Below, in pieces: positions 30,401 through 38,100 of a stretch of DNA of 64,000 nucleotides (its first letter is position 1; each line of letters starts with the position of its first letter). The notes under the pieces were generated by a model, which worked only from the letters and a program-made list of their open reading frames with translations, did no database searches and was not told the origin of the DNA. The translations under genes and the position numbers were made by a program. The DNA is from a virus. The DNA lies in the IMG/VR virus record IMGVR_UViG_3300025120_000001, positions 32,001 through 96,000 of that record, one strand, 5' to 3'.

Positions 30401-31596
30401 TTATATACAGAACCACCTTCCATTCTACCTTCTGATAAAGCAAAGTTTAGAGATCTTGCATCTCTATAAAATCCACCAGCAGTTTTAGAGAACCTAGCCA
30501 TATTAGTTACATTCTCACCTGCTTTTTTAGTTGTATTTAGTGCTTTAAAGGCACCCATTGTTTCAGGCAAGAGTATTTTACCTAGTATATTATCCCCTGA
30601 CTTTACACCTTGAAAAATATCTCTAACCTTTTCAATCTTTTTCATTCCTTGGACAAAGTCTTTTGTTGCTTTGAAAGCTTTACCAACTTTAAAACTTTGA
30701 CCAATTCTACCTAATGCTTTAGTAAGCTTAGCAACATTGTAACCAGTTCTTGCTACAGCTGCTGCACCAGTTGCGGCTGCTGCTGGAGCTCCAACACCAC
30801 TTGCAGCTAATAATGCAGTACCTCCCCACATTATAGCTTCTTCAATTGCAATTGAACCAATGATACCTAAAGTATATCCGGCATTTAAAACAAAATTGTT
30901 AAACCCAGCTCCAAACCCATCTCTACTTGAGCTACCTATTCTAACAGCATCTTCATATTCTATGGCGCTTTTAAGATCCATTACATCATCTTCAAACCAA
31001 CCTCTATAAGAGCTTAAATAACCTGTACCTACAAGTTTAGTAAGCTGACCAAACATTCTACCTGTATCTTCCCATCCACTAGAATTTTCATTATAATATG
31101 CTTCATTATCTCTATAAGCATGAAACCCCAATCTGCTAAAGGCTGGAGATGCATAGTATCTATCAAATTGAGTTGCCGCAACACCAGAGTAAACTGGATC
31201 TACTATGTTTGTATTAGCATCTCCAAATGTAGAATCCTGCTTTCCATATGTAGGTTTTAGTTTTTCTACATTTTCAAAAGCTCTAATCTTACCTTGCATT
31301 GTAGCTGTATTAGGCGGATTACTTTGAGAGTTTTGATTAAATCTACCCATTGACGGAGCAGGAAGAGGTGAGTTAATATTATGCGTAGGCGGAGGAAAAA
31401 ATCTATTAATACTTGCTGAAGCATTGCTAAGCATAGCTTCATACTCCGGATCTACAGATTGATCAAAAGCTTCCAAATCAGTTGGGATTTCTAAATCAGC
31501 TATTGTTTCAAAAACAAATTGATCTTCGGGTACACCAACTGGTGTATTAGCTATCTCATTGTTAAACATTATATTATCAAACTTATCTTCAACCAT
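15496..31596 (-). CDS. Virion-packaged two-barrel RNA polymerase polyprotein (5366 aa) with zincin domain
   Basis: RIPSQ...GADFDIDK (DFDID at 19627-19641), the catalytic motif of crAss-like virion RNAPs; TAMTDNAKE; HEAFH (24988-25002) with downstream EEYMAD; N-terminal hydrophobic G/A-rich segment. Confidence 0.9.
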   Translation of the reverse strand: MVEDKFDNIMFNNEIANTPVGVPEDQFVFETIADLEIPTDLEAFDQSVDPEYEAMLSNASASINRFFPPPTHNINSPLPAPSMGRFNQNSQSNPPNTATMQGKIRAFENVEKLKPTYGKQDSTFGDANTNIVDPVYSGVAATQFDRYYASPAFSRLGFHAYRDNEAYYNENSSGWEDTGRMFGQLTKLVGTGYLSSYRGWFEDDVMDLKSAIEYEDAVRIGSSSRDGFGAGFNNFVLNAGYTLGIIGSIAIEEAIMWGGTALLAASGVGAPAAAATGAAAVARTGYNVAKLTKALGRIGQSFKVGKAFKATKDFVQGMKKIEKVRDIFQGVKSGDNILGKILLPETMGAFKALNTTKKAGENVTNMARFSKTAGGFYRDARSLNFALSEGRMEGGSVYKEQWQKNYLIQRQKNKLAGLGEELSTEQMAKVEQDAKSAAFTTTMWNAPVIYLSNQLLLGNAFGGFKRSFSQIAKESIDSGFGRIVRGKAATKVVKEGANAGKRQVQKGIYEGVEDSFLNWKFIAKKLKSDGLRGGATMAAYGALRYSAANISEGLQEVYQEAVSAGVKDYYTAIQFDPMAGGSALFSSSLSSGLGAQMGSQGLETFMSGFFMGGVINLPQKAIFQGIPTLYTIGTDKAAFDKHKANKKTTLDNLVSYMNKHGDSMAMDPSNPLMNPDQMNFIVQKQASEAMEQAQSEGDIMNFMDTRDMAEFQNLKTLFETGKQEFFKEQLQDYLELTDQELAEAFPSEKARAKEGKLRSQIQENLGRLEQMEKDFNENKDKLTITADPSLYEPGSKQHEKETLKFLAQRHARDLYLFTKDGFQRAAERTEKIYDQLASHPIIKELAANDLTVLTTKEAMMEEMAALRTEVEVLDQPGAKREKNRRAKKLKLLEDISAILYDPKRQKKDGGFDRRSLQTKLTPAIVKYLEYIGKDKKAFVNNEMIKDVIDLIIDSDHLNARQFMYDKALRVMTDPEYLNDMLKRSELYFQFAYKNKMSLFRESIERFINKEEINVLLNQFANVGVYLGQEDMLLFGATGDPKYLTNFFNQDGPVNQIDDPVLYEKVQAAISVYRQTASDILKKDAETRAEEAKESAQDPVKRDQSVSSILDDAGIEGPDSKMVGKTAGESPYLDEVLKRVYQEKRGMLLKLGAKKIPTWEQFLEESLSKDIMRGYNGLKKVWFQTLQGLDGDAKMEVFNSDKGFKEWLSLQRTNDLVGEVLKEASSGRTGISLKIFLPELKDEQGVTEEDDKTKGKDSSNATIDILEKLVINPETEEATSFYVLVDKAGNILDEAMYEAAGLDPILAEGFTSKGKAESARAKLSNYVPTMDSFEFDGQTLNYGDRIQDSKTKKWYVVVSTKPTVEKYGNLLVLEEGKAYTLDPKQRIKKATRLKEGDFLKRFTPEVFNAGKAKLPANASKLRVDEATAAIPHRNDATTNYQEVLEIGRRRYDFILKNLTEKELNELEVIVTKNEQGGAILDREGGYLKFEDKEKNPFIRTTKSPYNIGLKLKSSTSKRINAKLEEAGIPIAMDAEGKATGMVGYIPNGDVILTDANGQAINPLSITKDQIKDLFNYSGPAETAASDIQRNFAIQFQIMNSIAEKMGDSESLVTTLEDIGGVNFFTTPGELVFDKKDKPVLDLNVQGVDGVTVVLENKKGKDGTVSTRFITNAERGEGSKVKKKIIAEMNAQNPNLYSGASNASRYVMVVKSSSGVYSYFPIKSDSLSTEGTAALAETLIKRSAETLKENVQEVEVKKGKKTKQTKDLKFNSIFNQEVNAGEVQDSPGFYMASKPGYTFEVNVGANGSVFIRAYDRKLKQSHNIIMSAEQVQEYAEFDNKEKFIEALITNYNDYISNIDVTDKAFAKKKVFFENLQKNGQLKKDAFKISFDKNVTTEEIEQSVTTQISPNVRGASKLIANIKGVQVSDIKNTAIISMTTTGRSTSADGNTSPSEEAETEDGPTASDGPAAEIASIEELSQEEYDKQKSNDFQGLSKDQREYLAQKLSEQGEKALTIRELEILGSPMGTSIRLLSKTKYNVDNPTSNAATSDTGAVQKDRAALIAERNNLLAKIEVRQVKIRKDSVGKLKNSEIMKKLLSDKEIIKLQKQLAKVESDLGNTANKISDNLNLEDLKHIDEFLSWASSNLPDFISIEDIRTLGDNMKSGGERVGAFVMAMSRIAGNEKINGKLYVGATSKYAYHEAFHAVFRMLLNSDQQNVYYKLAKTEVLSKLRSEGKSLKVELEKLRNGDINKYRNWSQESLEKEYLEEYMADQFEIFKQSPAKTKTDSFIKSLFNKILEWIRNVLGKYNATQLQALYKDISAGKFKNSQAVSNPFTDSATMGITLDASKLLRYSSSTPAKGKEVYKTIPNKQGRGIVSAITARVVDLEMFNEDPNFNIVDTVEESIDAFKALYNIDNAQYANVSTQQLLNLSNITNAFENFRKDIVDSVVQELELYDIKLEMMDDLDMENEMEYGLRTTEQYGKDASQVGGTRSLSSFLRKYIATTTLSEKDEFGNEYINPEADPDDRIKIIIPVDFASAYSGFLKAASGTSDPVRILQQIYMFSQNNPQTKAVQEKLFNDLGLVWEDQLENGIIPGETNDNLLFQALLKGFENFKVDYLFLHTNTADGQTLAYSAANRDDAHTQVEKWETEYKHRRRLYLSDPALKDDASDQLDVLLDYLNPKDPIGYISNKKLAEVAVKVSEVLSKTMGIKLHPDYIQYSIAGNIVQPTKLQKETAAKGKKRLGPTKWQQQILNSRTDVISIEWDDIVYMKEQFDANENLMSQTGEEGVYNRLRKLGLGNSMFDETVGSSVFKNPAGDLVYAHQLPTFHLKRIAQLNDVDNNAKALQDLIDKDPYLASNYLLNDPAFRQMSREGLLKVTRIAGSKASRGIEVDGDGGVVEKYDRNEEGVNYGDFNPKQILHALLSAYTAGVNPKSGKIKRGVIPEGQDEMIALAPVLLRVIEASNTGDMVELPIIQAVKTNAQGDAEVTDAALDAYEKNIEGEFARIQRELDPATRTEELHPGYNATKDGQNRQVEIRDKSGKIIGYNRAFKFTNNKLVLSPKDSPSTQLETGRLLDTEATVARLRAGTQKIFIKDEQGATSMGFFAEGESTNLEMSIGEVKEIKKKKKFVKKKGDKATFNRVKLVGSRKVSQLTMTNIYDKLGDAISDNKTTTHIKEATVGNNTYWVESDKMKDFIEGNKEFYVYELVDENILELDNEQLVEREKQAAEQEDYDIATAIRDLLNVRTFNYAAELEKLIRENAALPADQREVLTLDSALSKIGKDKKQLRAYMRSRIDQEFVQFNRDINSEFYRIDENGKPILELPKFLSQGVQRNENSTGSEAEFQRANEKLNLTGNRTYNTKQIFINDWINTSSMNDVLLGDQALTLKDAVDAVKRAKMQNAAYYSAASRIASPQHGILNPLQKISMFATTDPIGTSIHTGEDIEQADAQNWMSLKAFRYMWFGFGKLTETQSALLNKIEDGADISVDEIFGAAGAVKKQEMLNSKKLVYGDGKVFDKFSVVPLTKALTSYKDKNGNWVAKPGREDLHNMRVKMEQYEQDQLDKGIDTVAMVAPLSALKMMKKNITPIDALVGSGNTITQKESKLLGPANTGSYMARRLDFESTSETDESFGDDQVMELDANYMGLQVLNPSNKSEIIDPTQIKTLITGEQSDNTEVILNGELTTIGAIKLAYNRAVDSRLKQKYLDKRNLNFDMESDYAMDELHKSIDAKKLSPDLISFLKYAQTALKASASSAQLLEFFSFDEEGNPNFDFAQDTPIVAQKFKQLFLSYFSKGVMSEKLPGTAAALLSDYGFKQYRKIYSTEQVDGKSYIDRQEIIRTDDFQNNYSIDDVQKYGNEVLDLSDDNQDKFDSLNERLKNMKEGEFIIVKDRLRPDMKEYKDGEYTGIKYTESMMPVHSKDAYTMYDQVPSKSIPEVLSKMFGIRIPSQDNHSTVNIKVVDFLPVFYGSTIVSARELVEVSGADFDIDKLYIQMKDGYTTLEATKEKTKIYDVVVDMYEHKTEVDATGDPVDIWVVDNLAQAQEQLNLIKDGGRGKNFGEIQEALGTTKDGATYYEIPHKRGDNKRIYIRGTQPSRSIIKDKLRVKGKPYTKPKMQKVIKEYTNDFESYLKWVNKAVQKSGSTFAEAAAKANDRTKNSLSDKDLEAARKLGFSPNAIKALRMLNLPMNEKAFKSYHKKTGRYPFSSGYNNEILDFKYSMMGHAGNTTRDGDQSAISYEPADMEILKDTWSWISGEVPQLAEMLSEDGIDANNLFGKWKGFANNKEGAKSIGAAVLPNLYLSLIQEEGIKMIPGGGYELNIGGQVYNGLFNEDKVNGKTVDRSKELKEDGTLGRRKQYIISALITAMTDNAKERLAAKLGLSRNALAIVTTMSAMGVPIRTSVAMMNHPTIREAYQLEKRAPAFEFDVKEFIEDKMDSLKAAAATYDLATEEDFGATGVSQASLIDGSQDPMLKYKSEEELEDKVDRAADNGVEAITREQVLRDYAILDQFVKAFDVSGFLRPMGDLLNLAKGFGKDTNDVYKVSKAREDLGIDLTDAEFDMLPPNEMPIFDLRPVFSADRWQRGMLDIHDEFVGSILPKVFLDESAGFKNIFSSLDTNYKRFTKDERAVINNDMLSYITLQGYLNYLNNNPMSVLGIPTNTLLYPEEGTKDIVDTYDEIKELNGDKYNFFLDGFIRPESATSEGNKTGISMLTANTLTPLNDSQKLDVQNGFQELYADPLTRALSMKVLNYMIVKDGLQPVYRSIIASINPEMFADYMSTLPSTSQAFAAMDDAQMMANFGMSFRDLKLNFIREYGLHPKTAKLLKKKSMSSSAVFNGKSLVNQARKPFTLDYVESNPDKLFVIFDNESGTGTSNSKAVRGANNVISIVIKKDLSNNKESYYTGAEINTASNEIQQQIEKIKQNIDSFSGGVMIQNEIDNAELMGLQEFSVELYDDLLQKMEDNFGYQAVGLTDKQVKKEGKEVNRKAKNQALYLNDQFDRATITVDLYKGISARPKFEKNDEFETRKFAKIAKDKGKKYGSNVTQVKKGFKLRTVYEGKGERSIAEFPQVMGFMVDGQTRYFQLVRHAGPEYGNIGEGLSQDIATGTFAEYIEVDIMGSVAQTPVGFIFGERPTNNSVKETVKEANPGEDSSDDGSGRSSRDPSVVYDAVEYEYGTDSTLDAMLDKAYDNFIFKDKLDKAGWLNTPVAKDIIQNYQEKISNESSDIEIDGKDIKIGGTSIADQVNESEEADSFSIDNDGNEVTTENDLADALDDAEDLDTFSIDSDGNPVESGENANEGLDTIDNKEKLEAYVSTLSMGNLMSLKKVGEAFNRDYSSIDALMKEFEKTSSTMEEFIEQLKSCF

Positions 31597-31613
31597 ACTA
31601 TATTAAATTAAGA

Positions 31614-34600
31614 TTATGAGTTTTCTTCCACTTGCTCTGGCGTAAGTTTGCCGAACATGAAGTTAAAATTATCTCCTTCTTTTGGATCAGTTATTTTATC
31701 TGGATTAGTTTTTTTCCACTTATCCCTTTGACTTTTATTCTGAGATCCTATTTTTTGTAATTCATATAAATACTTTCTCATATAATAATCTAATTCCTGT
31801 CTTGATCCTTGACCGATTGCAATGCCTTCATCATTAACTAATTGCTTAGTAAACTGAGCAGCATCATATTCTCCAGTATCACCGTTGAATTGTAGTATTT
31901 GATAGTTCATATTATAACCACCTTCAGTACCTTCTGTTATAGAGAATGAGCCACCGGCAGGAACAGCTCTTTGAAAACTAGCATCTTCACTACTTGCTAT
32001 AGAAGAAGCAACATATGAAAAATTAAATTCACCATGTTTTCTAGGATTGTTATCCTCCTTTTTAGGAATAATGAAACTAAGTGTATTACCTGTAAAAGTT
32101 TCAGGTATCATTTTACCTTTTCCTCTCATGCCATCCAAATACTCATCGCTAAACGTTAATGTATATCCTGCGTATTTATGATCTAGATTTTTACCTTCTG
32201 CAGTCCAGCTTGGGAAATATTTAATTGTAGCTATTGGATAATCACCTTGAGCTTTGCTTTCTGTAGTTCTTCTCTTTGTCATATCCATTATGTATTGGTT
32301 GTATAACTTTTTACCAATGTTATAATCTATATTGTCTTTTCCTGTATCCTTATCCTTAATAACATCTTTATCATCCCAGTATGTACTACCATCTGATTTG
32401 CTAATTTCATTAAATCCATAATCTGCAAACATGATAGTCATCTCAGGATCATTCTTTACTTGCCGGTTTAATGTGTTTAATTGTTCAGCCGCAGAATCTG
32501 ATATAGATAACGGATCTATTAAAACTTCATAAGTAGGATTGTTTCCTATTTCACCAGGATTCTGGTCAGCTCCTGCAATACCTCTCATACCTTGTTTAAT
32601 ATCATATGTTTTAAATATATCACCAAACTCTGCAAAGTCACCCTTTTCTGTTGTGACTTCTTGCGTTGCTTCTAGCTTTCCTCTAATTGCATAGTCATTT
32701 AATTCATACATAGATTTCATGAACGCAGCAGCTTGTTTATCAGATCTCGCTCTATCATTTTGCATTGCGCCATTATACTCAATAGTCGTAATTGTTCTTT
32801 CTGGAGCATAACTTCCACTACCAACTGTACTACTATATCTATTACTTTCACTGGCGCTTTCTCCAAGATTTGCCATTCTATTAGATGCATCTGACCATGA
32901 TTGTTCATGCTCATCACCTGACCAAAAACTAGTATCATCAAATCCATCTACATCAACGCCCTCTACAGAAAGAGCTGCGCCACCTCCATCTTGAATCCAT
33001 TTCCAATATGCATCATTATATGATTTATCTGTATGTCTTCTGCTTACACCATCTCCATCTTTGTATATCATAGTTGGCATACCAGCATTTACAGCCTTTG
33101 CCATTAAAGATTTAAACTCATCACCACTTTCAAGATCAAATGATGAGTTTACAGCTTTCTTAATATTGTAATCTGTAACCTCATATAAATTTGATACATG
33201 TTTGTCAAGTTGCTTTGATTGATTATCAAGAGCATCATAACCATTTTGAATAGCAGCAAACTCTGCAATTGGATCTTTGCTATTAAACAATAAAGGGCTG
33301 TTATCAGCAAAGGTTTCTTGATTTACATTCTTGGCTTGAACCTTAATTAAATCACCCATTCTTTTAAATTCTGATTCAAATGCTGTACTATACTTACTTT
33401 TCATTTGATTGAATCCTTCATTATCTTCACTACGCAAAAGATATTTTTTGAGTTCTGTTTTTAATGCGGATGCTGACATAGTTCCAATGCCATCCATTGT
33501 TATTAAACCACTACCCCCATTTGTTAAACCTTGTTTTCTTGCAAGTACATCAATAGTCCAATCAATTTCGTTATTGGTTATTTTGTTTTGCATGTCCAAA
33601 GCTATCTTTTCTTGATTCTCAATATGATCACCATTTATAGTTGCGTTTCCGTCATCATCTATATTTTGAGCGGTTACTGTATTTGCATCAGTTGTAATTT
33701 CAGTTCCTTCTAAATCTAGTTTATCTTGTCCAGTAGCTTCATATTCTAATTGAGCCTTTAATGCAATGTTTTGTTTGTCAAAAATATCTTTAGCCTGCAT
33801 TTGCTTCATCTTATTGCTATGCTGGGCAGCAATTTTTTGCATATCATATTTTTGTCTCTTAGCTAAAACAGCATATTCATTAGCTTCTAGTTTAGACATC
33901 ATACCTTTTTTAGAATAGTCTATAGCCGCAGACTGAAGATCTGTTTCCATTCCCATATTCATCATCAAGCTATATGCTCTATTTAAAAGTGACTTTGTAT
34001 TACCGGCATTGTATTCACCGTTTGTTTTAAAGTCTTTTTCAGATTGAGGCTGATTGTCAAAAAGCTTATCTATTTCCGCCAGTCTTTCTCTAACTGCAGA
34101 TAAATCTGATTTACTTTCATTAGATGCTTTTTCTTCAGGACTTCCTTTTATAATAGGATCTTGTTTATTTGATTGGTTCCAAGCTTCGTTTTTTTGTTGA
34201 GCTTGTTTTTTCTTTTCTGCTAATGCTGCTTGTCTTTTTTCTATCTCTGCTTCAACTTCCTGAATCTTATCAGTTGCCCAAACATTCTGACCTTGATCTA
34301 TACTAGCAAACTTACCCTCATCTACACCAGTCTGAGCAAAGTTCCGTGATTTAACATATGCATCTGCATGATATGCACCTATCACCATAGGATCATCCTT
34401 TAATGTTTTTTGTACAAGAGCTAAAGCTTCATTAGTTATTAAGTCTCCGTTCTTTCTATGAATCATCCACTCACCATTCTCAGATATTGTAGTAACTACA
34501 TCTGTCTCTAAACCTGATTCATTAAGAACTTGTAAAGCCTTTTCATATAAATTAGCATTAGGTGTATATGTTGGAGTAGCCATAGTTAACGCTGCATCTT

Positions 34601-35069
34601 GGCTAGCGTCAACAAAGTCTTCCATTTCAAATTGCATTTTTTGAACACCTGTCTGCCAATATTTCTGACGCTCTTCATCCACCATTGAGTTCTTCAGTCT
34701 ATTAGCATAGGACATTTCATTTCTATACTTCTTAGTTTGAACAAGATCTTTTACTATAAGATCCTCTTCAAAGAAAGGTCTGAATAATGCCTTTGCTGAA
34801 TCAACATTCTGAGCCATTGATAAATCCAATCCTGCTATTTGCTGGAGTTTAGGTGCAAGGTTCTCTGCATACTGATCACGCATCTCTTGCGTATCCTTTC
34901 TAGAAAGATTTCCATACACAACCTTGCCATATAAATCATTTAATGCTTTATAGTTAGACTCATATTTTTGAGTCTTAGTATCTAATACATTAGATAAGAA
35001 TTTATAATCCGGTGTGAATGGTTTAAAATCTGGTAAATAACTGCCTACTCCTGGTACATACGTTGCCAT
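31614..35069 (-). CDS. Large ejected/cargo virion protein (1151 aa, Cys-free)
   Basis: Helical, coiled-coil-rich N-half; directly upstream of the RNAP gene. Confidence 0.7.
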   Translation of the reverse strand: MATYVPGVGSYLPDFKPFTPDYKFLSNVLDTKTQKYESNYKALNDLYGKVVYGNLSRKDTQEMRDQYAENLAPKLQQIAGLDLSMAQNVDSAKALFRPFFEEDLIVKDLVQTKKYRNEMSYANRLKNSMVDEERQKYWQTGVQKMQFEMEDFVDASQDAALTMATPTYTPNANLYEKALQVLNESGLETDVVTTISENGEWMIHRKNGDLITNEALALVQKTLKDDPMVIGAYHADAYVKSRNFAQTGVDEGKFASIDQGQNVWATDKIQEVEAEIEKRQAALAEKKKQAQQKNEAWNQSNKQDPIIKGSPEEKASNESKSDLSAVRERLAEIDKLFDNQPQSEKDFKTNGEYNAGNTKSLLNRAYSLMMNMGMETDLQSAAIDYSKKGMMSKLEANEYAVLAKRQKYDMQKIAAQHSNKMKQMQAKDIFDKQNIALKAQLEYEATGQDKLDLEGTEITTDANTVTAQNIDDDGNATINGDHIENQEKIALDMQNKITNNEIDWTIDVLARKQGLTNGGSGLITMDGIGTMSASALKTELKKYLLRSEDNEGFNQMKSKYSTAFESEFKRMGDLIKVQAKNVNQETFADNSPLLFNSKDPIAEFAAIQNGYDALDNQSKQLDKHVSNLYEVTDYNIKKAVNSSFDLESGDEFKSLMAKAVNAGMPTMIYKDGDGVSRRHTDKSYNDAYWKWIQDGGGAALSVEGVDVDGFDDTSFWSGDEHEQSWSDASNRMANLGESASESNRYSSTVGSGSYAPERTITTIEYNGAMQNDRARSDKQAAAFMKSMYELNDYAIRGKLEATQEVTTEKGDFAEFGDIFKTYDIKQGMRGIAGADQNPGEIGNNPTYEVLIDPLSISDSAAEQLNTLNRQVKNDPEMTIMFADYGFNEISKSDGSTYWDDKDVIKDKDTGKDNIDYNIGKKLYNQYIMDMTKRRTTESKAQGDYPIATIKYFPSWTAEGKNLDHKYAGYTLTFSDEYLDGMRGKGKMIPETFTGNTLSFIIPKKEDNNPRKHGEFNFSYVASSIASSEDASFQRAVPAGGSFSITEGTEGGYNMNYQILQFNGDTGEYDAAQFTKQLVNDEGIAIGQGSRQELDYYMRKYLYELQKIGSQNKSQRDKWKKTNPDKITDPKEGDNFNFMFGKLTPEQVEENS

Positions 35070-35128
35070 AATACTAAATTAATAAAATTTCATAAGTTTA
35101 TAAAGTTAATTGAAAACACTTTTAAAGT

Positions 35129-38100
35129 TTATATTCCCATCTTACCTGTATAAAAAGGGGTAGCCCACTTCTTTTTCTTTTTCTCTCCCCCTCGTTTGTT
35201 TTGGTAGCCGCCTGCTCCCTGTTGTCTAGCCTGCGCTTTCCATCTAGCTTCTCTAGGATCACCTTGATAACCTCTAGCATTTGCTTGTTGTACAAGAGAT
35301 GACATAACATTCGGATCAACATTGCCATCTTTATCTGTAAGACCTGCAGCTTTAGCTTGTCTAGCCGCTTCCATATAATCATCCATAAATGCCCATCTAT
35401 CTCCCTCTGGTTGAGGGTTAAATGCTTTAGATCCTGATTGACTAATGTCACCTCCAGATAATGGATCAACATTAAAGTAATCATACATCTGATTCATGTT
35501 ATATGTATTTGAAGCATTTGTTATCATATTAGCCGTAGCATCAGCATACTGCTCTCTATCAAAGTTCTTCTCATCCATATAAGTTTGAAGAGTTTTGGCA
35601 GTATCATCATATAACTTAGTGTTTCTTGAATCTTCAAGCTGGTTAAACTGACTATCTAATTGAGCATTCATTCTATTTGCATTATTCAAAGTCTGCACAT
35701 TTCTTGAGTTAACTCCACCAACTGCATTAGCTATAGCATCTATAGCTTGCCCTTGACCTTGCGCACTTCTAGCAGCCATTTGCTGAGGTCCTGCAAATGC
35801 ACCTAATGCTTGTTCTGATGCAGCTCTTCCTGAATTGATTGCAGCTATTTGTCTAGTTGGATCTTCCAATACAGCATCCATATAGTTTCTTCTAACTGGA
35901 GGTTGATAAGGTAAGAACATATCTCGCTCTCTATCTGCAATAGCCTGAGTTTTAATTATATCTTGAATCCAAGGTGACTTAACAGCAGAGGGTGGTGGTA
36001 ACTCTGTTTCAGGTACTTCTGGTGTCTTTCTTTTTTCAGTACAAGGACACGGCTCACTGGCTGTTGGTGTTCCCGGTTCTGAACCTTCTGGACATTGCGG
36101 ACATTCACCACAAGGACATTTACCATTCTCATCTCTTGGTAGAACCTTACCTTTATCTGGACCATCAGGACAAGGTTGACATGGATATTCAGGCACTGTA
36201 GTATTTTCACGTTGTCCTACTGTAGTGTTACCGAATGCACCATCTACTGGAGATATATCATATGTAACACCATTATATGTCCATTGATCATCATCTACAC
36301 CTGATTGAACAAAGTTAAGTAAATCATCTCCTTCTGCTACATCGTAAACTTGACCCGCTTGATATGCGCCTTGAAACTGTCTTACTCCTGCCTCATCTAG
36401 TGCTGTGTATGTCATTTCTGCTAGTTCTTCTGGTGTAGCATCTGGGTTATCAGCTTTAATTTTAGCATTGATATCTGTAATAGCTTTATTATAATATGAG
36501 CTATTTGTACCATCATCCCATCCAGCCTCTTTTAAATAGTCTTGATCATCTTTATAGAAGTCTTGAATAGCATTAACTTGTCTTTCCCCTCTTATGTAAT
36601 TTGAGTGAAAGTCTTCTTCAGAAGGTAAGTCTGCTTCATCAACACCTCGTGCTTTTTGAAGCAACTTATAAGTTTCATATCTCTTAAGTCTTCCTTCCTC
36701 ATTCTCATCAGAGTTATACCAATCCGTCCAACTATCAGTACCACCCATTAATTCGTCACCTGCTTTCCATGAAGGTTCGCCTCCTGATTGCATCATTGTA
36801 ATACCTTGAGATGCAAACTCCATTTCTCTAGGAGATGCTACATTTGGATCAATGCTTCCATTTTGTACACCATCAATAAACATTTGCAGTGCATTTTGTC
36901 TATCTCGTACTTCCATACCATCTTGACCATAACCGCTATATCCAGCAAAGCCTCCGCTAACAGATGCATCACCTTCCATATTTTTATTTATCAATCCTGT
37001 GTTTGTATCCCAAACACCTCTTGACATATTAGGATCATATGATGTACCCATCATGTTGTCAGCCATAGACATTTTCATCATGTCTTCTTTAGCTTGCTTT
37101 CCTTTTACATCTTTAAATCTTTCATTAATACCACCAGCAAGATTAACAGCAAAGTTTGATGTTTCTTTAAATGCATTCATACCAGGACTCTTCATAAAGC
37201 CTTGCATTGCCGTATTTAACCTAGTCCCAAGACCGGGACCTTCTTTTTCTTTTTCTGGATCCGTCATACTACCTTGGCCATCATATATAGAAGGTGCAGC
37301 TGTTTGTTCAGTAGCAAGCTTTTGCATTTTTTGTTGATAAGGTGTAGGGCCCATTGCTGGATTTGCGTTTTGCATCTGCGCATCCGCAACTATATTCTGA
37401 CTGCTAGCATAATCATTATTTATTAACTCATTAAAATATGCTGAACCAGGACCTTGCTGTTGTTTAAATACATTCAGCAATTGTGTAGGATCTCCTAACC
37501 CAGTTTGTGCTTTAGCTAATTCTCTACCATATGCAGCCATTGGATTCATAGCTTGTGTGTCAGCTTGATTCATTGGTTGTGCTTGCTGATCTCCAGTAAA
37601 CTGTTGAAGACCTTCTACTTTTTGAGCAAACTCAAAAGGATCAATACCTATAGCCTGTACATAAGGATAAGCAGCTAATGGTAATCCATCCTCAAAACCT
37701 TTCATCATTTCTTGACCAAATGCTAGTTTAGATAAACCTTCCTTGTTTTTTTGCAACATAAGATCTGCTGTATCAGCCTGTATCTTATCCGCATATTCAT
37801 CATTTAATAAACCATAATACTTATTAAGCTCATATTGTTTAGAAACCTTAGCTGGTGTTATCTTCTTTCTAGACTTAATGCCATGATCCGCTAACATCTC
37901 CTTACCCATCTTCATTTTTTGGGTATCAGAATATATAAAAGATTGTTCTGGCAAGAACATTGGAACACCACCGCTCCCATGTCTAGGACCGCTAATATCA
38001 TAAAGACCAAACTGACCGTCATTATTTAAATCAGTTAGAACAGTCTCTCCACCTTCAGCTTCAATGTTAGCAATATCTCTTGGTACAGAAGATAGACTAT

